A model generated the notes under the pieces. The model was not told the origin of the DNA. It was given only the letters and a program-made list of their open reading frames with translations, and did no database searches. The position numbers and the translations under genes are program-made. Below, piece by piece: positions 52,783 to 61,735 of a stretch of 64,000 bases of DNA. This stretch comes from a bacterium (GTDB taxonomy: Bacteria; Patescibacteriota; Dojkabacteria; SC72). The stretch spans positions 351,942 through 415,941 of the forward strand of contig JAJTYH010000003.1 in NCBI GenBank assembly GCA_021463465.1, read 5' to 3'. Positions within the stretch are counted from its first letter, which is position 1, and every line of letters starts with the position of its first letter.

Positions 52783-53334
52783 TTGTATAATATAGGATAT
52801 AAAGTAAGGGCAATTACTATGATTATTATAACTAATACAAGTACAGATCAAACCGTTGTTTTGGGAAAAGATAAAACTTTGGATACCCTTTTAATTATAT
52901 CACTGTTTGATATCTCTGAAGGTATTGATATAACAAGACTAGAAGATGGAGCAATTGACGCTGATTCTCTATTAAAACTTTGTGAAGCTGGTATTGTTAA
53001 ATCTGGTAGATTAAGTAATAAAATCTATTGTGAAGAGCCAGATTCTACAAGGTATTTCATTAACCCATTGATTGCTTACTTTCTACATCAAGAATTCTCT
53101 CCAGATAAAGAGTTTATTACTCGGGAATTAAGTGTAGAAGCAACTATGCATCCTCTAACTTTTTACAATGAAAGCTATAGGCAATTCTGGGAACTTGATG
53201 ACTTGAGATTACCAGAAATCCATAGCAGTGGAGTAGAAGAGTATAATAGTGGTATTGAAGCCGTGTCAGTGCAAATTAATGAGTACCTCAGAAAAAACCA
53301 AAGATTCCACATTGAAAGTATTGAGGAATATTAA
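52783..53334 (+). CDS. hypothetical protein with possible winged-helix segment
   Basis: Sits in an AT-rich island. LLKLCEAGIVKSGRLSNKIYCEEPDS is wHTH-like. The start may be M13 (52819). Confidence 0.4.
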   Translation: MYNIGYKVRAITMIIITNTSTDQTVVLGKDKTLDTLLIISLFDISEGIDITRLEDGAIDADSLLKLCEAGIVKSGRLSNKIYCEEPDSTRYFINPLIAYFLHQEFSPDKEFITRELSVEATMHPLTFYNESYRQFWELDDLRLPEIHSSGVEEYNSGIEAVSVQINEYLRKNQRFHIESIEEY

Positions 53335-53345
53335 CGTGAATTATT

Positions 53346-53924
53346 TTAGTCGACCTCAACCGTTTGAGGTGGAAAACTCTGGAGCATAATGCTTATATTA
53401 TCCTCATATTTACAAAGATCTTTAGCAGATTTATATAAAGCTATAGCAATTAGTTTTCTAGAAATTGAACTTTCAGTTTCCAAATTTTCCCATTGATAAC
53501 CCTCTGTTCCAATCAATGCTACAGACCCAAACTTAGGTGATCCTTTACCTGTATATTTTCTTACTTTAAAGCCAGGATCGAGTTGCATAAATGTATCGCC
53601 AGATTTCGCGAAGAATACCTGGAATGTTGCTTCGTCAGTACTTACTTCACACCAAAATTCTTCAAGTTCGGGAACATCATTGTGAGATCCTGTTACAAGT
53701 TTTGTTATTTTTGTACTGTAACGTTCTAGTTCTTGATTTTTAATTGCGGGATAAGTATCTTCAATATCTTTTCTTGATTTGATAATTCTTTGCGCCCAAT
53801 TCTTTAGAGTTTGGATTGTTAAAGCAAGCTCATGATTGAGTTCGCTTGTAAATATCTTTGCGGATTCGCCAGTAATTCCTAGATCTTCAAGTTTTAAATC
53901 TGTTTTTATAGGTTTCTTGTTCAC
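53346..53924 (-). CDS. hypothetical protein
   Basis: 192 aa, convergent with the previous gene. No recognisable motif. Confidence 0.4.
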   Translation of the reverse strand: MNKKPIKTDLKLEDLGITGESAKIFTSELNHELALTIQTLKNWAQRIIKSRKDIEDTYPAIKNQELERYSTKITKLVTGSHNDVPELEEFWCEVSTDEATFQVFFAKSGDTFMQLDPGFKVRKYTGKGSPKFGSVALIGTEGYQWENLETESSISRKLIAIALYKSAKDLCKYEDNISIMLQSFPPQTVEVD

Positions 53925-54252
53925 TTAAGTTTTACTAAAGTAATATCGACATTATAGCGGAGTACTACGGGATAGCAAGGTTTGAGATATACGTAAGTAG
54001 TTAGATTGTGGAAGAATCTCCTTACTTACAGAACTATACTCTTAGGTATTCAATTTACTTGATTAGTTAATGATAGTTTTATACATACGAGCATAAAGCC
54101 ACGAGTGTAAGGTTATGGAAGTTTTCATTACTAATTGAATCTCTAGAAAAGAAGATATCAGATAACCTCCCCGTATATGACATATTCCTGAACCTGAAGT
54201 TTAACTTCAACTTGGATATGTTCAAAATCAATAATCTGCTGAAACTAGAAAT

Positions 54253-54675
54253 TTAGACCTTAATTATTCGGTCTTCCGATGGAATTAACCCCTCAAGATA
54301 CTCCTTTACCTTTGGGAATAAGGTTGGCATATAGGTCGGCAATTCTTTAATGTCAACCCAAACTAGAGTATCAATGTCATTATTTTCACTTGATGCCGTT
54401 GTTTCTACCCCTGAAATCCTTTTGCAATGGAAGTATTCTATTTCTTTTAGTGTTTTAGGATGAACTCTCTCTCCAATCTTCTCAACAATAACAGTGTCTA
54501 GTCCAGATTCTTCTTTAATTTCTCTAATAACTGCATTTGTGCTTGTTTCTCCATCTTCTATTTTGCCACCAGGAAAAACATACTCAATTCCCCCAAATGC
54601 CTCCAACTGCTCCTTTTTCAGTTTACCAATTAGTATCTTATTGTTATCAGTTATTATTCCTAAAACGGTTTTCAT
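54253..54675 (-). CDS. NUDIX hydrolase
   Basis: Nudix box GGKIEDGETSTNAVIREIKEESGL (GX5EX7REUXEEXGU). Confidence 0.82.
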   Translation of the reverse strand: MKTVLGIITDNNKILIGKLKKEQLEAFGGIEYVFPGGKIEDGETSTNAVIREIKEESGLDTVIVEKIGERVHPKTLKEIEYFHCKRISGVETTASSENNDIDTLVWVDIKELPTYMPTLFPKVKEYLEGLIPSEDRIIKV

Positions 54676-54731
54676 TTTTTTATTTGGTTATGTATTGGAA
54701 TTATTGTATCTCAATAAGAGGAAATTGACTC

Positions 54732-54803
54732 CTCCGCGACCAGGATTCGAACCTGGAACCAACCGGTTAACAGCCGGTCGCTCTACCGTTGAGCTATCGC
54801 GGA
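54732..54803 (-). tRNA. tRNA-Asn (anticodon GUU)
   Basis: The reverse complement folds by hand. Acceptor TCCGCGA/TCGCGGA. D arm GCTC-AACGGTA-GAGC. Anticodon arm ACCGG-CTGTTAA-CCGGT, giving GTT. T arm CCAGG-TTCGAAT-CCTGG. Discriminator G. Confidence 0.88.
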
Positions 54804-54898
54804 ATATCAGCAATCATTATACTTATCGCCTCCCATTTACGCAATATTTACATATCTGGTAATATATATGTAGATTCTAATTTCAAATCAATATTCAA

Positions 54899-55359
54899 TT
54901 GAAAAAACTACTTTTAGCCTTGCTTATGTCCCTTCTTTTCCCTATGTTTGTGAATGCCCAAGAAGTTGGTGATAAACCAATACTTTTTGTCCGTAAAGGT
55001 TGTCCGCATTGTGCAAAAGTGGAAGCTTTTTTGGATAAATATAACTTGAGGGAAACTGTTGAATTTAAAGAAACATTTAATAACGAAGCCAATACAAAAG
55101 AGATGGGTGATTGGTTTACTAAATTAAATGTGACCGATCCTAATCAGCGCGGAGTTCCTTTTTGGTAGTTGATGACAAGACTTATTATGTTGGAGATATC
55201 CCTATTATCGAGTATTTGGCAGAAAAAAATAATATTGAAGTTGACGTTTCTGAATACCAATCTTCAATGGCAGATACTATCTTCCTTGTTGTAGGAGGTT
55301 TAGTACTTTTTGGAGTTGTTGGTTATGGATTATATTCCTCGTTCGCAAAGAAAAAATAA
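54899..55359 (+). pseudogene. thioredoxin/glutaredoxin-fold membrane-anchored protein split by a +1/-1 frameshift in a T5 homopolymer (or assembly error)
   Basis: ORF A (54899-55168) has a signal peptide, CPHC and ...NQRGVPFW*. ORF B (55162-55359) reads (L)VVDDKTYYVGDIPIIEYL plus a C-terminal TM. One extra T in TTTTT (55159-55163) would give the contiguous thioredoxin-fold reading ...GVPFLVVDDKTYYVGD... Confidence 0.55.
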
Positions 55360-55376
55360 ATTTATTCTTTACTACG

Positions 55377-55958
55377 ATGAAGGTACAAACCTCCTTTAAC
55401 GGCATGGCTGTTTCAGAAGCCTTGCGTAATTATCTCGAAGAGAAACTTAATAGGCATGAGAGTATCTTAAATCATGCAACATCTATCTCTGGAGAATTTA
55501 ATGACCATGTTGCTTCCAGAGGCGTTAAAGCAGATTTCCGTTTGGATTTGAATGTTGTATTACCTAAGGCGGTTGTTAGGGTAGAGGAAGAGGGAGAGGA
55601 TATGTACAGTGTTGTTGATAAGGCGGTAGATACACTTATCAGAAGGGTAAAAAGATATAACGACAAGAAAGTTAATTGGGATGGAGTGACTCCTTGGAAA
55701 GACATCGAAGCAATGTCCGAGACGGAAGAAGTAGCTGAAGAAGCCATTGATAATTACATCAATTATGTTCCCAAGATTAAGCACAGAATCAAACTTGAGA
55801 ACATAGCACCAATGGGTGAAGCTGAAGCAATTGAGAGAATGGAGCTACAAGGTCAGGATCAAATCTTGTTTAAAAATGTTCAAACCGGTGAATTCTCAAT
55901 GATATACCGAAATGGCAGAGGTGAATACTGCCTTGTCATACCTAAAAATTCCGTTTAG
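55377..55958 (+). CDS. hpf: ribosome hibernation promoting factor, long form
   Basis: S30AE/RaiA N-domain with EDMYSVVDKAVDTLIRRVKRYNDKK. The C-terminal dimerisation domain ILFKNVQTGEFSMIYRNGRGEYCLVIP is typical of long HPF. Confidence 0.8.
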   Translation: MKVQTSFNGMAVSEALRNYLEEKLNRHESILNHATSISGEFNDHVASRGVKADFRLDLNVVLPKAVVRVEEEGEDMYSVVDKAVDTLIRRVKRYNDKKVNWDGVTPWKDIEAMSETEEVAEEAIDNYINYVPKIKHRIKLENIAPMGEAEAIERMELQGQDQILFKNVQTGEFSMIYRNGRGEYCLVIPKNSV

Positions 55959-56743
55959 TTGGATTTCAACTGGTTTGAAATCTCGGTATAAAGGTTTTTA
56001 ACTATGGTTGTGCTGGTTTTCAAGAAACCATACTTAGGTACATTTGCGACGTTGTTTTGAACCTTAGCAGCAGCTTCCAATTCGGCTAACCAACCTTCCT
56101 TGAGATCTTGGACACTTTTGTTTACATAATACTCAACAATTTCAGCCTTCTTGTCTTCAAACTTCACCTTTTCAGTACCGTATAACACATCCTTATATTG
56201 TTTAAAGAAATCCTCAAGCTCCTTGTCCGTGTAGGACACTCTCTTGGCAAGAACCTTCTCCATCAAAAGACCTATTTTAATCTGCTCTCTGACATCTTGC
56301 TCTGTAAAATTGTTGGCTTTTAGCGTGGCAAGTACTGCGTCTCGTCCTCCATTTTCATTGTAATAGTCGTTTAGACGTTTCTGTATATCATCTTCAGTAA
56401 CTGCGACGCCTTCTTTTGCGGCTCCTTGTGTTACGAGCTCTTCTTGTATCAAGCTTTTGGTAGTGCTAAGCCCGTAAGTCTTCTCAAGTCGATTGTAGAA
56501 GTCACCTCTGGTGATTCTTACACCATTAACAATAGCCACACTGTAGGAGTTATTTAGGTATTGCACAAGTAAATCAACAAGTGCAAATGAAAAAACAAGA
56601 ATTAAAGCCAGGACAATCGTCTTAACAACTTTGTCTGTATTGAATTTCTCTCTTAGCTTATTCAAATCAATCTTTGGAAGTGTTAACTTCTTAGGAATTG
56701 CAATTTTAGCAGGTGTAGCAACTTTCTTTTCGGTCTTAGCCAT
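55955..56743 (-). CDS. SurA-N-terminal-domain-like / PrsA-like membrane-anchored chaperone lacking an obvious PPIase domain
   Basis: Start chosen at MAKTEKK (ATG 56743). It has a TM anchor and then a helical domain resembling the SurA N-terminal chaperone module. Weak assignment. Confidence 0.4.
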   Translation of the reverse strand: MAKTEKKVATPAKIAIPKKLTLPKIDLNKLREKFNTDKVVKTIVLALILVFSFALVDLLVQYLNNSYSVAIVNGVRITRGDFYNRLEKTYGLSTTKSLIQEELVTQGAAKEGVAVTEDDIQKRLNDYYNENGGRDAVLATLKANNFTEQDVREQIKIGLLMEKVLAKRVSYTDKELEDFFKQYKDVLYGTEKVKFEDKKAEIVEYYVNKSVQDLKEGWLAELEAAAKVQNNVANVPKYGFLKTSTTIVKNLYTEISNQLKSN

Positions 56744-57470
56744 ATTTAAGAATGTACAAGTTATATTTACGTACAAGAATAGCAGAAATTACCCCTATCA
56801 GCAAAATAATTAACAATGGGAACAATGAGTCACCTGTCTGTGGCAGACCTTCTTGAGCAATTCCACCAATATTCTCAGCGCCAGGGGTAGGGGTAGCGTA
56901 GACTAGAAAGTCTGTATAAGAGTTGTTGGTATCTGTGAACTCATGGCGTCCAAGGCTTTCACCAGATGCACCGACTATTGCAGTCTGATTGTCTGGCACC
57001 ATATTGTTGCCGAAGTCCCAAAGAGAGTTAGAATTAGGTTGATCGTAAAAGATCTGGTCCACGTGCACTCCTTCTGTTGTCACAATAGAAATTGCGTCGG
57101 TAGCGGTCCCACCGTTTTGTAATCCGAGCCTAGGTGTAGGCATATTGCAATTGGGGACGCCTACATCGCAGATTAAAAAGTATGAATGTGCCGGGATAGT
57201 TGCTGAAAAGGTTAACTGCTCTTGGAAGGTTGTACCAGCAATGAGAATCTTCCAATTGTTTAATACAACAGTGTTGGCAGAAACATTGAATAATTCAATC
57301 CATTCCTTGCCAGTATCTTCTCCTTCAGGGTCAAAAAGTACTTCATTGATAATCACAGGGTTAGGAGTCTCGCCAGCCAGGACACTTTGGTCTAGCCAAA
57401 TAAGGCTAAACAAAAGTAGAAGTAAAATAAAAATAGGTTTAAAAGGTTTTAAAAAGTTTTTCATACTCAA
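56736..57470 (-). CDS. LPXTG-anchored lamin-tail-domain (LTD) surface protein
   Basis: Signal peptide, LTD signature VIINEVLFDPEGEDTGKEWIELFNVS, and the C-terminal sorting signal LPQTGDS plus TM plus RK. Confidence 0.7.
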   Translation of the reverse strand: MSMKNFLKPFKPIFILLLLLFSLIWLDQSVLAGETPNPVIINEVLFDPEGEDTGKEWIELFNVSANTVVLNNWKILIAGTTFQEQLTFSATIPAHSYFLICDVGVPNCNMPTPRLGLQNGGTATDAISIVTTEGVHVDQIFYDQPNSNSLWDFGNNMVPDNQTAIVGASGESLGRHEFTDTNNSYTDFLVYATPTPGAENIGGIAQEGLPQTGDSLFPLLIILLIGVISAILVRKYNLYILKYG

Positions 57471-57502
57471 TTATCAAACGTGAGTATGAAAAGAGTCTGA
57501 AT

Positions 57503-58786
57503 TTAACGCAGGTGGAGATACATAGAGGTTAAACCATTGCCGTAATCGACTATAACAGCCTTACCGCCGCAAGCATCTGTGAACACCTTACTGACTTTAC
57601 CGTTACGAATAGCTCTAAGAGGGGCTCCTTCTCCGTTAAGATTGTAATAGCCTGCGGGAACTCTATAACCGTAGCAACTAACTCCTTTAGTGTAATATTT
57701 ATCTCCTCGTTGATACAAATAGTCGCTACCACTTACCATATCGATGGCCGAGTATCCGCTGTGAGGGAATTGAGTGATGATGGCATTGTCTTCAGGAAAT
57801 CGGGATGAACCGCTGCCATTTGACCAGACAAAATGTCCTGAAGAATAAGGATTGATTACAGCACCGTTCTTTCGAAGTTCAAAGTGTAGGTGTGAACCGA
57901 AAGCTAAACCTGTGTGACCCTGAAACCCAACGATATCACCTTTATTAACAGGTGTATTTGTAGGTAGTTGACCCTTACTATACAGATTGAAGATAAGGTT
58001 GCTGATTTGCGCCGTGATCTTGTCTTCCTGCTTTTTGAGGGTAGCTAATTTAGCGTTGTAGTCAGCCTCTTTTTGTTGTGATAATGAGAGAAGGTATGAT
58101 TTCTCGTCTCGTTGTTTAGTAAGACTCTCTTTTTCGGCAAAAAGTTCCGTCTTATCCTCTTCTACCTCATTTCGTTTCATTTCAACTGAAACTTTTTTTT
58201 CTGCTAAAACGGTCTCCTCCTGTTTCAAAATCTCTGCCTTTTGTGAAAGTTCTTCTAGTAGTTCTTTATCCTTCTTTCGAGTTTCAACAAGATATTTGAA
58301 CCTTCGTAGCAGCGATTCGAAATTAGAAGATTCTAAGAAGATTTCAAGGGGCGTAATGAAAGAGTATTTATAAGTTAGGGACATTCGCTTTTGGATGGCG
58401 CTATCGAGTTTATGCACCTCTTGCGAAACCGTATCAATATTATTTTGAAGCTCTACTATATATCTTCCTAAGATTCTGATTTCCACGTTCTTGGTTTCGA
58501 TTTCGAGCTCGAGTTTTTTGATTTGGGCTTCAGAAGATGCAATTTGTGAATCGATGTAATTGATTTTCTCATGAAGTGAGAGCTGATTGTACTGTTCAAT
58601 ACCTATCTTACTGTTTAAATTTGATTTCTGATTCTGTAGAGCTTGTGACTGCTGTTGTAGGTATGCTAGGCACTGTGCATCGGACATATGTGACGGGCAT
58701 GTAGTATCCACAGCCATTACAGGAAAAACTAGCAAGTTGGTTAACACTACAATTAATGTTGTAAAGACATTTATGAAGATTTTCAT
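57503..58786 (-). CDS. coiled-coil M23/LytM-domain murein hydrolase activator (EnvC/PcsB-like)
   Basis: Signal/TM, about 250 aa of coiled coil, and a C-terminal M23 motif GFQGHTGLAFGSHLHFELRKNG. It is the last gene of the ftsE-ftsX operon. Confidence 0.8.
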   Translation of the reverse strand: MKIFINVFTTLIVVLTNLLVFPVMAVDTTCPSHMSDAQCLAYLQQQSQALQNQKSNLNSKIGIEQYNQLSLHEKINYIDSQIASSEAQIKKLELEIETKNVEIRILGRYIVELQNNIDTVSQEVHKLDSAIQKRMSLTYKYSFITPLEIFLESSNFESLLRRFKYLVETRKKDKELLEELSQKAEILKQEETVLAEKKVSVEMKRNEVEEDKTELFAEKESLTKQRDEKSYLLSLSQQKEADYNAKLATLKKQEDKITAQISNLIFNLYSKGQLPTNTPVNKGDIVGFQGHTGLAFGSHLHFELRKNGAVINPYSSGHFVWSNGSGSSRFPEDNAIITQFPHSGYSAIDMVSGSDYLYQRGDKYYTKGVSCYGYRVPAGYYNLNGEGAPLRAIRNGKVSKVFTDACGGKAVIVDYGNGLTSMYLHLR

Positions 58787-59725
58787 CTATTTCTGCTTAA
58801 GTTCTAAATATCGCAGTACCGCTATGTAACTACTTATGACTCCAAAAATGAGTCCAGAAGCCATTAGGACGGCGTAAAAGATTAAAGTAAATTTCAAATC
58901 GAACGAGGAGAGGAAGCCAAGCGACAGCTCATTTAAAAGTGACGAAATCCAGAAGTGGAAGTCACTGCCTGATGAAACATGCATTACGGTATACCATGGG
59001 AAGAGAATTAATGACGAGGCTAAAAAAGAACCGGTAAGACCGTAAATAGCTCCCTCTATCAGAAATGGTACTTTTATGAACGGTGCTGGACTTCCAACAA
59101 GATCCATAATCTCTATTTCATCTTTGTGAGCCAAGATATTAAATCCAATTCCAATCATAATGAGTGCAAAAGTGATACCTCCAAGTCCCAAAATCAAGGC
59201 CGCAACCCCAATATTAAACCCTTTTGAGAGAGCTGAAAGTATTGAAAGTACATCCCTGAAGTACATCACATCATCAATATAGGCATTTTTCTCACGTTCT
59301 TCGTTTATGGTCTTAACCACCGTTTCCAAATCTTGTGCAGACTTAGCACGAATTCCAAGGCTTGGTGGAAGAGTATCTGTAGAGAGTGTGTCTACCAAAT
59401 CGGGATCATTTATGAAATCAGCTTTATACTGTTCTAAAGCCTTTTCTTTTGAAATGTATTCAATGTTATCAACAGTACTGGTATCGTTGATTTTATCCCT
59501 GAATTTGAAGATTTCCTCTTCAGGAGTTTCTTGCTTGAAGAACACAATCACTTGAGCTTTCTTTTCATAGTATTTAACTGCCTTTTGCGCAATTATTCCG
59601 GTGCCAATAAAAAAGGCAGAGAGTGTGAAGACAATCGATACCACAAGAATCGTGGAGATTGAAAGCCATCGGTTTCGTGTGATGTTATCTTTAGTTGTTT
59701 TAAGTAATCTTGAAAATGTTTCCAT
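58787..59725 (-). CDS. ftsX: cell division permease FtsX-like
   Basis: 312 aa with an N-terminal TM, a large extracytoplasmic loop and three C-terminal TMs. It sits directly downstream of ftsE with overlapping stop/start. Confidence 0.8.
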   Translation of the reverse strand: METFSRLLKTTKDNITRNRWLSISTILVVSIVFTLSAFFIGTGIIAQKAVKYYEKKAQVIVFFKQETPEEEIFKFRDKINDTSTVDNIEYISKEKALEQYKADFINDPDLVDTLSTDTLPPSLGIRAKSAQDLETVVKTINEEREKNAYIDDVMYFRDVLSILSALSKGFNIGVAALILGLGGITFALIMIGIGFNILAHKDEIEIMDLVGSPAPFIKVPFLIEGAIYGLTGSFLASSLILFPWYTVMHVSSGSDFHFWISSLLNELSLGFLSSFDLKFTLIFYAVLMASGLIFGVISSYIAVLRYLELKQK

Positions 59726-60591
59726 TATTTATGGGCAATTAAATAATTCTGAATTTTCTCATTTAGCATCTTCAGTTGATGATCGGTAAGGCCTACCTTC
59801 TCCAAACTGTCTTCAGATTGTGAGAGTAATTCTTCTAAGCTATCTATACCATGCATTCTCAGTTTCTTGCGTACGGGTCTTTCAATCTGCGCAAACAATG
59901 AATTGTGGGCACTTTTAGATTTCTCTTTCTTGCCTTCATCCTTGAGAATTTTACCTTCTTTCAATGTAATTGTTCGAGTCTTAAGGTTGCTGGTTAAGGT
60001 AGGGTCATGGGTAATAACAATAACGGTAGTTCCCCAGTTATTGATGGCCTTAAGTATTTCTAATATCTCAAAAGAGGTGTCAGTATCCAAGTTACCTGTG
60101 GGTTCGTCTGCAACTACCAGTTTGGGGTCATTAGCTAAGGCTCTGGCGATTGCCACTTTCTGACGCTCACCTCCTGATAGCTCATGTGGAAATAGGTGAG
60201 AACGGCCTTTAAGGTTCACCACGTCCATCAAATATTGAGTGGTTTCTGAGACCTCTTTTTCAGACTTACCTGCAATTTCCAAAGCGAACTCGATGTTTTC
60301 GAGTACTGTTTTGGTGGGGATTAGTTTCAAGTCTTGAAAAACGATTCCCAGCTTCTGGCGGTAAATCGAAAGTAGTTTATTTGGAATTGTAGGTACTTCT
60401 ACGTCTTCAAAAAAGATTGTCCCATTACTTGGTAATTCTTGTCTGACCAAGAGTCTGATTAAAGTTGACTTACCGGCTCCTGATGGACCAATGATAAAAG
60501 TAAACTCACCCTCATCAATCTGAAAGGATATGTTACTCAACGCCACGATATTTCCAGGATATACTTTTTTTACGTCAATGTATCTAATCAT
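59725..60591 (-). CDS. ftsE: cell division ATP-binding protein FtsE with about 60-aa C-terminal HhH-like extension
   Basis: Walker A GPSGAGKSTLIRLL, signature LSGGERQKVAIARAL, and Walker B LVVADEPTGNLD. The extra C-terminus is RMHGIDSLEELLSQSEDSLEKVGLTDHQLKMLNEKI. Confidence 0.88.
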   Translation of the reverse strand: MIRYIDVKKVYPGNIVALSNISFQIDEGEFTFIIGPSGAGKSTLIRLLVRQELPSNGTIFFEDVEVPTIPNKLLSIYRQKLGIVFQDLKLIPTKTVLENIEFALEIAGKSEKEVSETTQYLMDVVNLKGRSHLFPHELSGGERQKVAIARALANDPKLVVADEPTGNLDTDTSFEILEILKAINNWGTTVIVITHDPTLTSNLKTRTITLKEGKILKDEGKKEKSKSAHNSLFAQIERPVRKKLRMHGIDSLEELLSQSEDSLEKVGLTDHQLKMLNEKIQNYLIAHK

Positions 60592-60606
60592 GACAGTCCT
60601 TATATA

Positions 60607-61689
60607 CTACCCGATTCTGATCTGGGCGTCTATAAATGGTTCGAGGTTACCATCAAGGACCTCAGTGGGGTTGCTAGATTCCACATCTGTTCTTAAGTCT
60701 TTAACAAGTTTGTAGGGGTGGAGAACATAATTGCGGATTTGATTGCCCCAACCAGCAATTTTATGTTCGCCTTTGATGCTTTTAAGCTCCTGTTCACGTT
60801 TGGCTTCTTCGATCTGCCACAATTTTGCCTTTAAAATCTGCATTGCGGCTTGCCGGTTCTGAAATTGGTCTCTGCGCTCCGTCGAATGGACAGTTATGCC
60901 TGTAGGCAAATGTTTAATCTGTACAGCTGATGAGGTTTTATTCACTTTTTGTCCTCCGGCACCACCAGCTCTGACAGCCTTAAATTCTATATCTTCATCT
61001 TTAATTAAAATGTCACTATCTTGATCGGTTATAAGTGGTATGACTTCCACGCCAGCAAAAGAAGTCTGGCGCAAATTCTGAGCATTAAAAGGGGAGATTC
61101 TAACTAGTCTGTGTGTACCAGCTTCGCGTTTAAGCCTGCCAAATGCGTATGGTCCTTCAATTTCTAATGTAGCACTGCTGATACCAGTTTCAGTACCAGA
61201 GACCATATGTATGATTTCTGCCTTAAAGCCTTCTCGTTCTGCAAATCGGGTGTACATACGAAGTAGCATTGAAGTCCAATCATTAGCTTCAGTTCCTCCT
61301 TGTCCCGCGTGAAGGGTGAGAATCGCTCCGGCTTTATCGTATTTCCCTGACATGAATTTTAATGTTTGAAATCCTAATAATTTCTGTTCAATGTTTCCTA
61401 TATCTTCACGTAGACTCTCGTACTGGTCTTCATCGCTTTGGTTGAAAAGTTCTAGTATAGCTTGGATATCTGATTGTAGTGAATTAGCCGTTTCGATTTC
61501 ATTCTTAAGTTGTTCAATATCGCTCATTATCTGTTTGGCGACGTTTTGATCTTGCCAGAAATCCGGTTCCAAAGCTTTGGTTTCCAGCTCTCCTAATCGT
61601 TGTTGCTTGTTCTTAAGATCTAAAGTTTCAACCGTCTGCTCGATTTCAGCTTGAAGGCTTTCAAGGTTGCTTTTACTTATAATTTCCAT
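60607..61689 (-). CDS. prfB: peptide chain release factor 2
   Basis: GGQ in RAGGAGGQKVNKTSSAV. The RF2-specific SPF tripeptide is in HRLVRISPFNAQ. It is a continuous 360-aa ORF with no frameshift site. Confidence 0.93.
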   Translation of the reverse strand: MEIISKSNLESLQAEIEQTVETLDLKNKQQRLGELETKALEPDFWQDQNVAKQIMSDIEQLKNEIETANSLQSDIQAILELFNQSDEDQYESLREDIGNIEQKLLGFQTLKFMSGKYDKAGAILTLHAGQGGTEANDWTSMLLRMYTRFAEREGFKAEIIHMVSGTETGISSATLEIEGPYAFGRLKREAGTHRLVRISPFNAQNLRQTSFAGVEVIPLITDQDSDILIKDEDIEFKAVRAGGAGGQKVNKTSSAVQIKHLPTGITVHSTERRDQFQNRQAAMQILKAKLWQIEEAKREQELKSIKGEHKIAGWGNQIRNYVLHPYKLVKDLRTDVESSNPTEVLDGNLEPFIDAQIRIG

Positions 61690-61735
61690 ATTCTGGTATT
61701 ATACTTATATTGTATGAATTGTAAAAATACTCTCG

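Noticed and set aside
54494-54862. 122-aa plus-strand ORF overlapping NUDIX gene and tRNA-Asn
   Set aside because: It overlaps a well-folded tRNA and a motif-bearing NUDIX gene on the other strand.
60607-61689. Programmed +1 frameshift in prfB
   Set aside because: It was looked for because it is common. The ORF is continuous from Met1, so no frameshift is present.
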